A DNA stretch of 64,000 nt from a virus. The position numbers and the translations under genes are program-made. Below, in pieces: positions 1 through 9,347 of this stretch. The stretch's first letter is position 1. Every line of letters begins with the position of its first letter. The stretch lies in IMG/VR virus record IMGVR_UViG_3300025897_000009; one strand, 5' to 3'. Under the pieces are notes generated by a model. The model worked only from the letters and a program-made list of their open reading frames with translations. It was not told the origin of the DNA and searched no databases.

Positions 1-670
1 CATCCATGATACTTCGAATAAACTCAATCAAAAGTTTTTTACCTTTGATTCCTAGATAAGCATATGCCTCTTTTAACTGTTCACAATCCTCTTTGTTCTC
101 AAGTTCGTCTATCATTAAACTGTAATGTGTTGGGATCAATGAAGTAGACTTAGCATTTAAGTCTAGTGCTTGGCACCATTCATACATATTGAAGTCTGAC
201 TTGAAATCATTATCCAAGAATTGATCAATCTCATACTCAACATCACCCAGCATGTCCATCAGTTTATCTTCCATAAGTTGCTGAACTGATTTCTTTGGTT
301 TACGAGTTGAGACAGTAACTGATACCACTTTTCCTTTAGTTGCTTGCAGTTCGCGAATGGTTGAGTCAAGTCTAGTTTCTAAATCAGAATCTAGTTTCGC
401 ACCAAGCATTTTCTGCCTAACTAAAGATACAAAGGAAGTCATCATAAAACTGTTTGGGACACCTATAAAAGATTTGTAGAAATCTTTATCATAGTTTGCC
501 TTTACATAGTCTCTCATGACTTTGCCTTTCGTCGGAGTATCAAACATCACTCTATACCAATTGAAAATTGGGGCAAGAACTGCGTTCTCATTCGCGATGC
601 TTGCTAACATCGGTTCTGGACCATAGTGTATAGTGTTTAGGTCTTTCGCACTTCGTTTAGATTTTTTCAT
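1..670 (-). CDS. Hypothetical protein, runs off the window edge
   Basis: Manually read open frame MKKSKRSAKDLNTIHYGPEP...GIKGKKLLIEFIRSIMD with no stop before position 1; ATG 6 nt after a promoter -10 box. Confidence 0.75.
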   Translation of the reverse strand, partial: MKKSKRSAKDLNTIHYGPEPMLASIANENAVLAPIFNWYRVMFDTPTKGKVMRDYVKANYDKDFYKSFIGVPNSFMMTSFVSLVRQKMLGAKLDSDLETRLDSTIRELQATKGKVVSVTVSTRKPKKSVQQLMEDKLMDMLGDVEYEIDQFLDNDFKSDFNMYEWCQALDLNAKSTSLIPTHYSLMIDELENKEDCEQLKEAYAYLGIKGKKLLIEFIRSIMD

Positions 671-676
671 TATCAT

Positions 677-706
677 ATTGTAGTAAAAAACAATGGGTGT
701 CGTAAA
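677..706 (-). promoter_or_regulatory. Sigma70-like phage promoter (TTTACG-N18-TACAAT)
   Basis: Member of a motif repeated 13 times in intergenic positions. Confidence 0.75.
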
Positions 707-707
707 G

Positions 708-1097
708 TTATTTCCACCAGTGTGTCATGTAAAGATAGTCTTCATATAGATATGCTTCTTTTTCAAACTCATCTGATGTCATGTGAAAAGAACCTGTAGT
801 TTTGATTTTTTTGGATGAGGGTATTTCACCTCTAAAGAATTGCTTGACATGTACTAATTCATGAGCAAGAGTGACCATCATATCTTCAGTGGTATCTCTA
901 GCAATCTCTATATCAACTGCATTCTTATCACCATATGCGACACCCTTATATGAATAATCGTCTATGACAACTTCGTTCTTGAACTCGATGTAGATTTGAC
1001 CTTTCTTTTTACGAGGCATTAATTCGAACATGATTGATCGTGCATAGTCTTCTACACGATTCTTTTGACGACCATTAGCAACTATAATTTCAATCAT
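708..1097 (-). CDS. Zincin-like metallopeptidase domain protein
   Basis: TLAHELVHVKQ (HExxH) with downstream E..AY. Confidence 0.65.
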   Translation of the reverse strand: MIEIIVANGRQKNRVEDYARSIMFELMPRKKKGQIYIEFKNEVVIDDYSYKGVAYGDKNAVDIEIARDTTEDMMVTLAHELVHVKQFFRGEIPSSKKIKTTGSFHMTSDEFEKEAYLYEDYLYMTHWWK

Positions 1098-1341
1098 CTA
1101 CTTCAGGAAAGTAATTATCTGCCTTTTCATTATATCCATAGAAAGATCCTTCTTTTTCTTCCTTCTTTGGAGATTTGGCAGGACACCAATTACAATCTTC
1201 ACCCATCGCAGTATCAGTCGGTCCACTATCGGGACAATCATGATGCCACCATTCTATTTTATTCACTTGTTCATTTTGAGTCATACATTCACAGTCCAAT
1301 CTTTTCTTACCACACTTGGGGCATTCAATCATTAAGTACAT
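1090..1341 (-). CDS. Cys-rich hypothetical protein
   Basis: CPKC, CEC and CNWC motifs; late promoter directly upstream. Confidence 0.55.
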   Translation of the reverse strand: MYLMIECPKCGKKRLDCECMTQNEQVNKIEWWHHDCPDSGPTDTAMGEDCNWCPAKSPKKEEKEGSFYGYNEKADNYFPEVDD

Positions 1342-1346
1342 AAGAT

Positions 1347-1354
1347 TATTTATA
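1347..1354 (-). promoter_or_regulatory. T4-type late promoter TATAAATA
   Basis: Exact gp55 consensus, 5 nt before the ATG at 1341. Confidence 0.6.
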
Positions 1355-2009
1355 TCTCATAATAAAAGACATGATTTCCAATTTGTCCTTTGTGCTCCAT
1401 GTCTTTACACCACCATGGTTTCACATTTGTAGAATGATAATGAGTTGCCCCATCAGTCAGATCTATGTAAGTATCAGATAACAACATCATCTGTGCTAAC
1501 ATGACTGATTCTGCCCATGTGACATATTCTTTAGGTTCATCAGACTTGCCATCACAATACCAACTAAAGTGACATTGAGCAATCTTAGGAACTTGTTCAT
1601 TCTTCCAGTTTTCTCGATGTATTCCTTGAAAAACTACAGCACAAACATTGTTAGGGAATCTATCAGAAATCACTCGATTCAAAGTGACATTACCCACTGC
1701 GAGTTTGCCTTCAGTTGTTTCACCACGTGCTTCATGATAGATGTTAAGTGCTAAGCAATATGCATCATCGGTAATGTTCATGTATTGTTCTTCAAAACTA
1801 AGGAACATATCGATCTTATCATTAATAATCTGAATTTCAGTAGCATGCATTTCTTGCCTTAAATTAAACTCTTCCAACTCATTTTCTATAGTTTTTAGTT
1901 CTGACGCATTAAACATGCCGATAATTGCTAGCAGTAGTCCAATGCCTATACCCAATTTGGCATACCATGGAACTAGAGGTTTAATTCCTTGTAATTCTTT
2001 TTGTTTCAT
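1350..2009 (-). CDS. SleB/Hydrolase_2 cell wall hydrolase with N-terminal TM and coiled coil
   Basis: CLALNIYHEARGE, VTLNRV, CHFSWYCDGK, GATHYH, IGNHVFY motifs. Confidence 0.9.
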   Translation of the reverse strand: MKQKELQGIKPLVPWYAKLGIGIGLLLAIIGMFNASELKTIENELEEFNLRQEMHATEIQIINDKIDMFLSFEEQYMNITDDAYCLALNIYHEARGETTEGKLAVGNVTLNRVISDRFPNNVCAVVFQGIHRENWKNEQVPKIAQCHFSWYCDGKSDEPKEYVTWAESVMLAQMMLLSDTYIDLTDGATHYHSTNVKPWWCKDMEHKGQIGNHVFYYEI

Positions 2010-2010
2010 G

Positions 2011-2325
2011 CTATCTACCTATATGTTTGACTTCATCTTTAGGGATGACTTGGTATGCACCTTTGTTATAAGCAGGAGCAATCGTCACACCCTCAACCAC
2101 TTTGGGTTCTTCTTTGGGTGTTACTGCTCCTGTCTTACCAGAATCATAAGATGCATATTGTTTTGTAGATCGTTCTTCATTATAACGATCCAACCCACTC
2201 TTTTCAACTGGATCAGATCGTTTGAAATCTGGACGATATGCTGTAGAAGGAAGAAGTTTCTTCTTCTTGCGTTTTTTACCCACCATGGAATATCGCATGG
2301 TATCTGGTCTAAAGATCATAGGCAT
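2011..2325 (-). CDS. Conserved T4-like phage hypothetical protein
   Basis: C-terminal TIAPAYNKGAYQVI motif recognised from T4-like phages. Confidence 0.7.
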   Translation of the reverse strand: MPMIFRPDTMRYSMVGKKRKKKKLLPSTAYRPDFKRSDPVEKSGLDRYNEERSTKQYASYDSGKTGAVTPKEEPKVVEGVTIAPAYNKGAYQVIPKDEVKHIGR

Positions 2326-2328
2326 AGT

Positions 2329-2529
2329 TTAAAATCCAGAAGTCCAATGTACATAAGACTCTGGGCAGTTATCTACCCCACAACAGCAAGTTTCGTCATC
2401 AACTAACACATCACTGTGTGTCATTGAAGATTCTACTTTTACTTCTACCACTGATTCGGTATAACCTGGAGCAGTATCTCTCCACTCTCTGTCTCTTTGG
2501 ACAATATCTTTAAATTCTTGTATCGTCAT
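2329..2529 (-). CDS. Hypothetical protein
   Basis: ORF in operon context, C-terminal CCCG..C..H. Confidence 0.55.
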   Translation of the reverse strand: MTIQEFKDIVQRDREWRDTAPGYTESVVEVKVESSMTHSDVLVDDETCCCGVDNCPESYVHWTSGF

Positions 2530-2670
2530 CTTTATACCCTGTTGTCAATTTGATCAACTAGATCGCGAATTTTATCAAGATCTTTATCTTGCTCCTTTTG
2601 CTTATCAAGAATCTCTTGAAGCATTGCTTTTATTTCTTCCATAATTTACTCCTCTTTTTATAGTGTTTAT

Positions 2671-2700
2671 ATCATACTAAAAAGTAGAGGGTGTCGTAAA
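2671..2700 (-). promoter_or_regulatory. Sigma70-like phage promoter (TTTACG-N18-TATGAT)
   Basis: Identical to the copy at 5514-5543, near-identical to 57121-57150. Confidence 0.8.
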
Positions 2701-2703
2701 GTC

Positions 2704-3309
2704 CTAAAAGTATTCAACCCAACCTGTTGCTATGTACTTCTCACCACTGAGTGGTGGATTCCCTCGATGCAAATGAGTAAAGTATGCAGGAAATACAAGT
2801 GCTGTTCCTGCTTTAGGTTTAAATCGTAAGTGTTGATGTAGGAATTCTGTTTCGCCACCTTCTTCAACATCATTCAGGAATACAGACCATGCTAAGAATC
2901 TATCTCTATCATGAGTCTTGGTACCATTTTGTTCACAATGCCAAATGTGATAACCTTGTCCAGGAAGTGTTCTTTGCACTTTACCCTCAAACACACATCT
3001 AGGATTCTCACCAAGTATCGGATGTTGTTTGACATATGCCTCTACGATTTCATCATTCATGTACTCTAAGAAACCTGCTTGGTTTTGAAAAGTAATCTTA
3101 GACAGTTCTGGACTAGGTTCTGCGAGAGTCATTGATTCGTCATCTTTACCAGTGATCAATGAATCATCATACTCTTGTCGCATTCTTGTCTGACCCCTTT
3201 CTTTGCTGGTTTTGAATGCATCGATCAGTTCTTCGCAATGCTGATCTGTAATTGCATTCTCAAAGACACCGATAAATTCTTTCATCTCAAATGTAGTGTT
3301 TTCCATCAT
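2704..3309 (-). CDS. 2OG-Fe(II) oxygenase (prolyl-4-hydroxylase-like)
   Basis: YHIWHCE, FLNDVEEGGETEF, THLHRGNPP, KYIATGW. Confidence 0.9.
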   Translation of the reverse strand: MMENTTFEMKEFIGVFENAITDQHCEELIDAFKTSKERGQTRMRQEYDDSLITGKDDESMTLAEPSPELSKITFQNQAGFLEYMNDEIVEAYVKQHPILGENPRCVFEGKVQRTLPGQGYHIWHCEQNGTKTHDRDRFLAWSVFLNDVEEGGETEFLHQHLRFKPKAGTALVFPAYFTHLHRGNPPLSGEKYIATGWVEYF

Positions 3310-4028
3310 ATCATGAGTTCCGCAAATTCTTTTAATTTAATTTCTTCTTCTATTGTAAGTTCTACAGGTTGTGATCTTTTAACTCGAATGTAGAATCTTG
3401 TTTCTTTATCTACCTTTATGTTGAGTAAAGGAAATGCATTTGTAACATCATCTTTGATCAAAGAGTGTGGTATTACTGCATGGTTGTCTATCTTTTTTCT
3501 AAGATCAGCATCTCGTTGTCTATAATCCATAACAATCTGTGCACAAGTCTTCATCTTTTCCATTCTTTCTTCTAAGGTCCAAGAATTAAACTCTGTCACT
3601 CTATCACCTAACACTCTTGGGGTTTCCATTTCTTTGTTTCTAGATTTAAATGAAAAGAATTCATGAAAATGTGAACATGCTGAAATGTAAAAAGATTTTA
3701 GGTTCTCATAGGGATCTCTATCTATAAAGATAGGAATGTAATTGTTATTGTGTAAAAAAGTCAACATTCCTGGAACATGTTCTGGTGAAACCATGCCACC
3801 TTCTAATTTAAAAGGAGGGTTGCCTTCTGGTAAGTTATCAAACCAACTAGAGTATCCATGTTTGTATAGTTGTACACCCTCACCACTTGCCCACATAGTT
3901 TCTGGCAAGTTAAGAAACTTTCCTTCTCTTGTTTCCCAGAGTCTCATCAGAGTTTGTGTAAGTGCTACACTAGAAGTTCTGGGATAACTCAGAACACAGT
4001 AGTTAGGCAACTTGATATTGTTCGTCAT
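3306..4028 (-). CDS. Sulfotransferase-like protein
   Basis: N-terminal SYPRTSS (PAPS-loop-like) and RDPYENLKS. Confidence 0.5.
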   Translation of the reverse strand: MTNNIKLPNYCVLSYPRTSSVALTQTLMRLWETREGKFLNLPETMWASGEGVQLYKHGYSSWFDNLPEGNPPFKLEGGMVSPEHVPGMLTFLHNNNYIPIFIDRDPYENLKSFYISACSHFHEFFSFKSRNKEMETPRVLGDRVTEFNSWTLEERMEKMKTCAQIVMDYRQRDADLRKKIDNHAVIPHSLIKDDVTNAFPLLNIKVDKETRFYIRVKRSQPVELTIEEEIKLKEFAELMI

Positions 4029-4143
4029 GCGATGATTCTACTCCAATTGTTACACACTCTTCGCAGAGGTTATTTTCTAGTTTCGTATCATATTTATATC
4101 CACATTCCAAACAATCATTTTGCTCTTCTTTGTTTTTTGTCAT
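4003..4143 (-). CDS. Small Zn-ribbon protein (46 aa, below ORF-track cutoff)
   Basis: Manual translation MTKNKEEQNDCLECGYKYDTKLENNLCEECVTIGVESSHDEQYQVA; fills the gap between neighbours. Confidence 0.6.
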   Translation of the reverse strand: MTKNKEEQNDCLECGYKYDTKLENNLCEECVTIGVESSHDEQYQVA

Positions 4144-4348
4144 GGTAATCTCTCACAATATATACTCGCAACCAAGCGAATACAGTCATCATTAATGTAG
4201 TGTATGTGCCTATCATGAAAGCACTTGTTATGTCCCAATGTTCAATAATAACCCATAAGCAAGCAAGTTGCAAAGGATAATTAATAACAGTCCCAGAGAA
4301 AACAATCCAAGAGGTTTCTCTAGCAACTGACTTCTCTCTCTTATTCAA
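4115..4348 (-). CDS. Small membrane protein
   Basis: Two hydrophobic segments. Confidence 0.6.
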   Translation of the reverse strand: MNKREKSVARETSWIVFSGTVINYPLQLACLWVIIEHWDITSAFMIGTYTTLMMTVFAWLRVYIVRDYHDKKQRRAK

Positions 4349-4881
4349 AAGAGTGATCCTTGGGAAGGATCAAATTCTGGGGATATCATAGACTTGAGTT
4401 TGTCTATGGTTCTTGGTGAATTACCAGAAATATGTAATATTCCTGTTCCACCAACATCGGTAAAAGATTTGATGTTTGACTTTCTGTCATCAATCAACAC
4501 ATAATCTGGTTGGGCAAAACCTCTTTTAGATCCACCCTTTTCTACGCAGTTAACAATCATGTTCGGATCAACCCATTCGTCAATCCATTCTCTTTTGTCT
4601 TTAACCACGATCTCTCTATTGATAGATCCTGTTGCTGTAAGAATCTCAGTTCTAATACCATGACTATCTTTAAGTGATCTGCAGAACTGTACCAATTCAA
4701 ACATATCTTTATAAGGTTTGAGATGTCTAAACAATCTCTCACTAGTCAGTTTCTCTTTCTGAGCATCATAAGTTTCATGACCTTGTTTGTCATTCTCTAT
4801 CACAGTATCTAGTCTTTCTTCAACACCAGATTTGAAGTCTGCTAAGACTCCATCCATATCTAAGTAGATGGTCTTGATCAT
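4345..4881 (-). CDS. HAD-family 5'(3')-deoxyribonucleotidase-like protein
   Basis: YLDMDGVLADF motif I, LIDDR motif IV. Confidence 0.85.
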   Translation of the reverse strand: MIKTIYLDMDGVLADFKSGVEERLDTVIENDKQGHETYDAQKEKLTSERLFRHLKPYKDMFELVQFCRSLKDSHGIRTEILTATGSINREIVVKDKREWIDEWVDPNMIVNCVEKGGSKRGFAQPDYVLIDDRKSNIKSFTDVGGTGILHISGNSPRTIDKLKSMISPEFDPSQGSLF

Positions 4882-5072
4882 AATACCATGATTCCTAAGT
4901 CAAACATTATGACTGCTAGCAAGAAACCTGTTGCAAACAAGTAAATGCCAAAGGCAACTTGTAGCATCTTATTGGTTTTATTGATTTCACTATCAATGTC
5001 TTTCATCTTTTTGATAGTCTTATCAAAGTAGTCTTGATTTAATTTTGTTATTTCAATTTGTTTCATTTTCAC
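4878..5072 (-). CDS. Small membrane protein
   Basis: C-terminal TM helix; AGGAG SD near the start. Confidence 0.6.
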   Translation of the reverse strand: MKMKQIEITKLNQDYFDKTIKKMKDIDSEINKTNKMLQVAFGIYLFATGFLLAVIMFDLGIMVL

Positions 5073-5221
5073 TCCTATGTAAAATTAAAAAAGGGTGTGA
5101 GGTTAACAGTGGCATTTGCCCTAGTCCGAAGACTCCAGAAACCTCACTTTTGATTCTTGATTGATCCCGATCCCATAGCAGTCTAGCAGTTTTCGTTATC
5201 AGTTTCTCAATCATCAAGTTT

Positions 5222-5251
5222 ATCATATTAAAAAAGTACCAGTGTGGTAAA
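5222..5251 (-). promoter_or_regulatory. Sigma70-like phage promoter (TTTACC-N18-TATGAT)
   Basis: Variant of the repeated motif. Confidence 0.65.
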
Positions 5252-5261
5252 CCCCTTTTTA

Positions 5262-5483
5262 TTAAAAGGGTCCATCTGGTAATTCTTCAAATCTTTTGTT
5301 AACGAGTTTTTCAATAACTGCATCTCTGTCAGTCATTGCTACTCTCATATCGAAAGATTCACACAATCCAGGTCTGCTAACACCACCATCTAATTCTCTT
5401 AGAATGTTTCCAGTGTTCATTTCTGAGACCTCGTCGAAGATTCTTTCGAGGGTTGTTTCATTTGCTAAGTTTGACATTTTCAC
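5262..5483 (-). CDS. Hypothetical protein
   Basis: ORF with AGGAG SD downstream of a promoter. Confidence 0.65.
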   Translation of the reverse strand: MKMSNLANETTLERIFDEVSEMNTGNILRELDGGVSRPGLCESFDMRVAMTDRDAVIEKLVNKRFEELPDGPF

Positions 5484-5544
5484 TCCTATATGATTTGTTT
5501 TCCTAGTATTATAATCATACTAAAAAGTAGAGGGTGTCGTAAAG
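5481..5544 (-). repeat. Promoter-leader-SD cassette, copy 1
   Basis: About 64 bp closely matching 26268-26332. Confidence 0.75.
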
Positions 5545-5561
5545 TTTTTTATGAAGTTTTT

Positions 5562-6191
5562 TTAGATGTTCGAAGCGATATGTTCTGCGATGTCTTTGAA
5601 GTTGCTAAAGAATCTAAGAGATAGAAATTTAGCAGGGTGTTGATGATCTTTTTCTACAGAATGGAGTAAAGAGGCATCAAATATAAAGGGTTTGTATTTC
5701 GTTGCTTTTAGTTTGTGAGTCGAACCATTCTTACTTTTGATTGCGAAAGTCCAATCTGAAGATAAGGGCAAGATGAGTGGGTCTGTGTATTCATTCTGAT
5801 GATCAGGAGCATAATCTACATGCCAAAGAACATGATCTCTCCAACCATATTCGCACCAAGCAAAGTCTAGATTCATATCAAAGTGTTTCTTCATGAATGA
5901 CTTAACCACTTCAGAGTCTAGCATATTTACTTTATCAGCATTTGCTTTGTGTAGTTTTGGTGGATGTACAGCAACATTCTGCTCTAAATTGTAATTGATA
6001 TAATTGGTTGAGAAGTAAGCATCCTTCTGGAAGTTAAGTTCTTTGGGTGGTTCAGGAGCAAACTCAGTATAGAATCGAGTCATCGAATTGGTCGCTTCTG
6101 ATATTAAAGAATCTATTTCCGAGTCACTAGGACTGATCAACTTCATCTCGCAGAGGCAGTTTGCTCTGTTTAATAAGTTCTGTATATCCAT
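5562..6191 (-). CDS. Cupin/2OG-Fe(II) oxygenase-like protein
   Basis: WHVD...LHSV (HxD...H) in a beta-rich region. Confidence 0.5.
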   Translation of the reverse strand: MDIQNLLNRANCLCEMKLISPSDSEIDSLISEATNSMTRFYTEFAPEPPKELNFQKDAYFSTNYINYNLEQNVAVHPPKLHKANADKVNMLDSEVVKSFMKKHFDMNLDFAWCEYGWRDHVLWHVDYAPDHQNEYTDPLILPLSSDWTFAIKSKNGSTHKLKATKYKPFIFDASLLHSVEKDHQHPAKFLSLRFFSNFKDIAEHIASNI

Positions 6192-6714
6192 ATTTTGCTA
6201 TGTAGAAAGCATCAATAATATCAGATATCGGATGCTCAACTGTAGTGTCTAGTTGTTTTCGTAAGTCTACACCTGTCTGCTCTGTAAAGCACTCGTACAT
6301 CTTTTCTTTGTTCGCATTACCTTTTCCTGTTGCGAACTTCTTTACTGTAGTTGGTGCCACTACAATAAATGGTATGCCTGATTTGAATAGTTTGTGTTTA
6401 AGTAAACCAGTGTTCTCAGCAATGTGGAACACTCTACCTTTACTGCCAAAACTATAGTCCTCTAGCACGACTAGATCTGGATCGTAACATAGAATTTGTG
6501 ATACAGTCCATGTAGCAATCCAATCAAATCGCTCCTCTTGTGAGTTGTATTCAGGTTTGATGTCACCTTGAATATTCGTCGTGTATGGTGGGTTCTTTTT
6601 ATCTATCAGATAATGAAATTCACAATCTTCATACAGGAATTGCTTTTCAGGGGATCCTTTAAAACCACAGATTGCTGGACAACCCATGGCATAGTCTATA
6701 CCAATTATGTTCAT
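6127..6714 (-). CDS. RuvC-like Holliday junction resolvase
   Basis: IIGIDY, VLEDYS, PTTVKKFATGKGNANKE, DIIDAFYIA; start reset to MNIIGID. Confidence 0.8.
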   Translation of the reverse strand: MNIIGIDYAMGCPAICGFKGSPEKQFLYEDCEFHYLIDKKNPPYTTNIQGDIKPEYNSQEERFDWIATWTVSQILCYDPDLVVLEDYSFGSKGRVFHIAENTGLLKHKLFKSGIPFIVVAPTTVKKFATGKGNANKEKMYECFTEQTGVDLRKQLDTTVEHPISDIIDAFYIAKYGYTELIKQSKLPLRDEVDQS

Positions 6715-6890
6715 TCGTCGTAGAAGTTCTCGTTCTCGTCGATTCCGTCCTCTAAATCTAATTGGCTGCCACAAAATGGGCAAAAATGTAATCTGTAAGG
6801 AAGTTTTAAATTATGTTCAACAGAACAATCAGCATCACACTCCTCACAATGAATGATGTATCTTGTATATGTATCTGTCAATGAAGTCAT
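6711..6890 (-). CDS. Small Zn-ribbon protein (59 aa, missed by ORF track)
   Basis: Manual translation MTSLTDTYTRYIIHCEECDADC...FCPFCGSQL...FYDE; start and stop overlap both neighbours. Confidence 0.75.
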   Translation of the reverse strand: MTSLTDTYTRYIIHCEECDADCSVEHNLKLPYRLHFCPFCGSQLDLEDGIDENENFYDE

Positions 6891-7165
6891 TAAGTTTTTT
6901 GTGCTTTATTTGTAAGAGATAAGAAAGCATCATAACCACCGATCTTCTTACCTTTAAAAATAATCTGTGGAAAAGTTCTTGCCTCTGGAAACTCTTCAAA
7001 GAGTTGTTCTCTAGAGAAGTCTTCATTAAGTTTCTTAACTTCTATAGTGAATCCTTGTGATCTTGCTAGATCTTCTGCTCTTACACAATAAGGGCAGTTG
7101 TCTTTACTATAAATTACAACTTCTGCTTGTTCTTTTACTGTTTCAGTTTTTTTGCTTTTAGGCAT
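6890..7165 (-). CDS. nrdC: Glutaredoxin
   Basis: CPYC active site, TFPQI, IGGY; next to nrdAB. Confidence 0.9.
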   Translation of the reverse strand: MPKSKKTETVKEQAEVVIYSKDNCPYCVRAEDLARSQGFTIEVKKLNEDFSREQLFEEFPEARTFPQIIFKGKKIGGYDAFLSLTNKAQKT

Positions 7166-7388
7166 GTTTGACCTCTACTATTCTTCTGATCGTTGTCACA
7201 TCATTGTAGTCACCAAATGCAGTGTAGTCTCTTACGACCTTTTCTTCAGTTAGATAACCATCAACCACTCTTGTGGTAATAATTTCTCTGCGTAAAACAT
7301 CTTTTGTATCTTCAATACTATTAGGAAATGCCACACTAGTCATTGGTCCTTCTTGAATGTTTACTACCTTGTCATATTCTCTGCTCAT
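7158..7388 (-). CDS. Hypothetical protein
   Basis: Coupled ORF between nrdB and glutaredoxin. Confidence 0.65.
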   Translation of the reverse strand: MSREYDKVVNIQEGPMTSVAFPNSIEDTKDVLRREIITTRVVDGYLTEEKVVRDYTAFGDYNDVTTIRRIVEVKHA

Positions 7389-8482
7389 AATTTAAATCCT
7401 TTAAAAGTTTCATTTGTTACATCTTGTTTAATACCACCCATTACATAAGACTCTATCTCAGTTTCCTGTGGAGCATTTTGTAATCCTCTACTAGATAACC
7501 AATGTTGTGTCCATGGTAATGGATTGTTGTTTTGTGGTATGTTGTATATAGCATCCATACCCAATGCTCTTAATCGCTTGTTAGCAATAAACTCTACATA
7601 TGATCCAAGAAGGGAAGCATTCAGTCCTATCATACTTCCCTTTTGGAACAAAAATTCTGCCCATTCTTTTTCTTGCTGAACTGCTTCTTCATACATTTGA
7701 TACACAGTATCTTGCTGATCTTTGATCACCTTTAACATCACTTTGTCATTCTCAGACTTCTGATAGTTTTTAATAATGTGTTGCGATATTGCTAAATGCT
7801 GTGATTCATCTCTGGCGATCAGTGATATAATCTTTGCTGATCCTTCCATTAATCGCAGTTCTCCAAATCCAAATGTACAGGCAAAAGAAACAAAGAAACG
7901 AATACCTTCTAAAATGTTTATACTTATTAATGCGAGATATAACTTCGTATAGAGTTCTTCTTTATCAATCTTGTGTCCTACTTCGTATCGTCGTGCGGTA
8001 GATATAAAGTCATCGTATGATTTTGTTACAGTTTCTGCTCTTTTAAGTATTGCTTCTTCGTTGAGTATAGTGTCAAATACATCACCTGGATTAGGATATA
8101 AATTCTTTATCATATATGTATACGATCTAGAATGAATGGTTTCCATAAAGTCCCAAGCAATAATACATGCTTCTAATTCTGGAAGAGTGGTGTAAGGTAA
8201 TAGAGCAATCGCTGGTCCACGACCTTGTACACTATCCAGTAGTGTTTGGTATTTAAGATTAGAAGTGAAGATGTGCTTTTGCGCATCATTGAGTTGCTGA
8301 AAATCATTTCTATCTTTTTGTAAAGATACTTCTTCTGGTCTCCAAAAGTATCCTAATTGTGTTTGCGTGAGTTTATCAAAGATTGGATATTTAAATTCAT
8401 CGAATCTCTGAGTATTAAGTGCTTCGCCAAAGAACATCGGTTCTTTTAGGAAGTTGACTTTTTTTCTGTTAAATATACTCAT
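7385..8482 (-). CDS. nrdB: Ribonucleotide reductase class Ia beta subunit
   Basis: FWRPEEV, ETIHSRSY, LEGIRFF, RDESQH, APQETEIESY. Confidence 0.97.
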   Translation of the reverse strand: MSIFNRKKVNFLKEPMFFGEALNTQRFDEFKYPIFDKLTQTQLGYFWRPEEVSLQKDRNDFQQLNDAQKHIFTSNLKYQTLLDSVQGRGPAIALLPYTTLPELEACIIAWDFMETIHSRSYTYMIKNLYPNPGDVFDTILNEEAILKRAETVTKSYDDFISTARRYEVGHKIDKEELYTKLYLALISINILEGIRFFVSFACTFGFGELRLMEGSAKIISLIARDESQHLAISQHIIKNYQKSENDKVMLKVIKDQQDTVYQMYEEAVQQEKEWAEFLFQKGSMIGLNASLLGSYVEFIANKRLRALGMDAIYNIPQNNNPLPWTQHWLSSRGLQNAPQETEIESYVMGGIKQDVTNETFKGFKL

Positions 8483-9347
8483 CTATAATTGGTTCGTTTG
8501 TATAAGGGTCTGTAATGTCTGCACATGCTCGCATTGCTACTTCACCTTTTTCTTGTAACATATCTCCATATATGGTTTTTTCTTTTTCTGCTATAGTGGA
8601 ATAGTTATGATCATCATAAACACTTTCTCTACCATCGTATCTTAATGATTCACACCCTCTATATAGAGGTCCATTGGCATCAACATAGTGTGCAAAGATA
8701 TGTCTTGAGAATTTTCCTACTAACTTATCTCTCCAGTGTATAGCATTACATCCTTGATATGCTAATACATCTCCAGGTTCTAAGAATACTCTTTTGGCAC
8801 CCATCGCAAACCTTTCTTCAAAGTTTTTTTGTTGTACATATTCCCATGCTTCTTGGTAATCAACACCCACATAGTTCTTATCACCGAGTACCCATATTGA
8901 CCATGGTTTCTTATCGTCAGTTTCATATTCTATTGGAAATGTCATTGACACTTCACAACTAGGTCGATCTGTATGGGCAAACAGTCTAGCATCTCGATAG
9001 TAAGTCCTACCAAAACTATATGTTGGTACTAAAGACAATTCTAATGCTTCTTGTAAAGGTTTCTTCAACATGATGAGCATTGACTCACCAAAAGGAACAT
9101 TTGCCATGTTCTCAGATACATACTCGGTTTGTTCTCTACCATGAGGTGTAGGAACTACTGATTTCTCTTCATCCAAACCCATACCCCATTGTTCTGAGTT
9201 TTCAGTTCTTCTCCAACTATGTTTTGCAAACTCAATCATCCCTTCGGGAATAAAGTTTTTTAACACAACATATCGATTAGTTCTAAAAGATAAAGCAGTA
9301 TCAGACATTCCTGAGTGATCTAATACTTTAGATATTGCACGCATCAC
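8469..9347 (-). CDS. 2OG-Fe(II) oxygenase between nrdA and nrdB
   Basis: PTYSFGRTY, HTDRPSCEVS, GD..AYQGC..IHWR. Confidence 0.8.
   Translation of the reverse strand: MMRAISKVLDHSGMSDTALSFRTNRYVVLKNFIPEGMIEFAKHSWRRTENSEQWGMGLDEEKSVVPTPHGREQTEYVSENMANVPFGESMLIMLKKPLQEALELSLVPTYSFGRTYYRDARLFAHTDRPSCEVSMTFPIEYETDDKKPWSIWVLGDKNYVGVDYQEAWEYVQQKNFEERFAMGAKRVFLEPGDVLAYQGCNAIHWRDKLVGKFSRHIFAHYVDANGPLYRGCESLRYDGRESVYDDHNYSTIAEKEKTIYGDMLQEKGEVAMRACADITDPYTNEPIIDEYI

Noticed and set aside
5180-5210. Hammerhead-like CTGATAA-CGAAA
   Set aside because: Mismatch to CUGANGA and no stem II between the two core segments
6714-6783. Long N-terminal extensions given by the ORF track (also lysozyme, hsp20, gp45, csgF)
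   Set aside because: They overlap upstream genes; downstream starts fit family N-termini or SD sites better
8469-9347. Homing endonuclease between nrdA and nrdB
   Set aside because: No HNH, GIY-YIG or LAGLIDADG motif; sequence fits a 2OG-Fe(II) oxygenase
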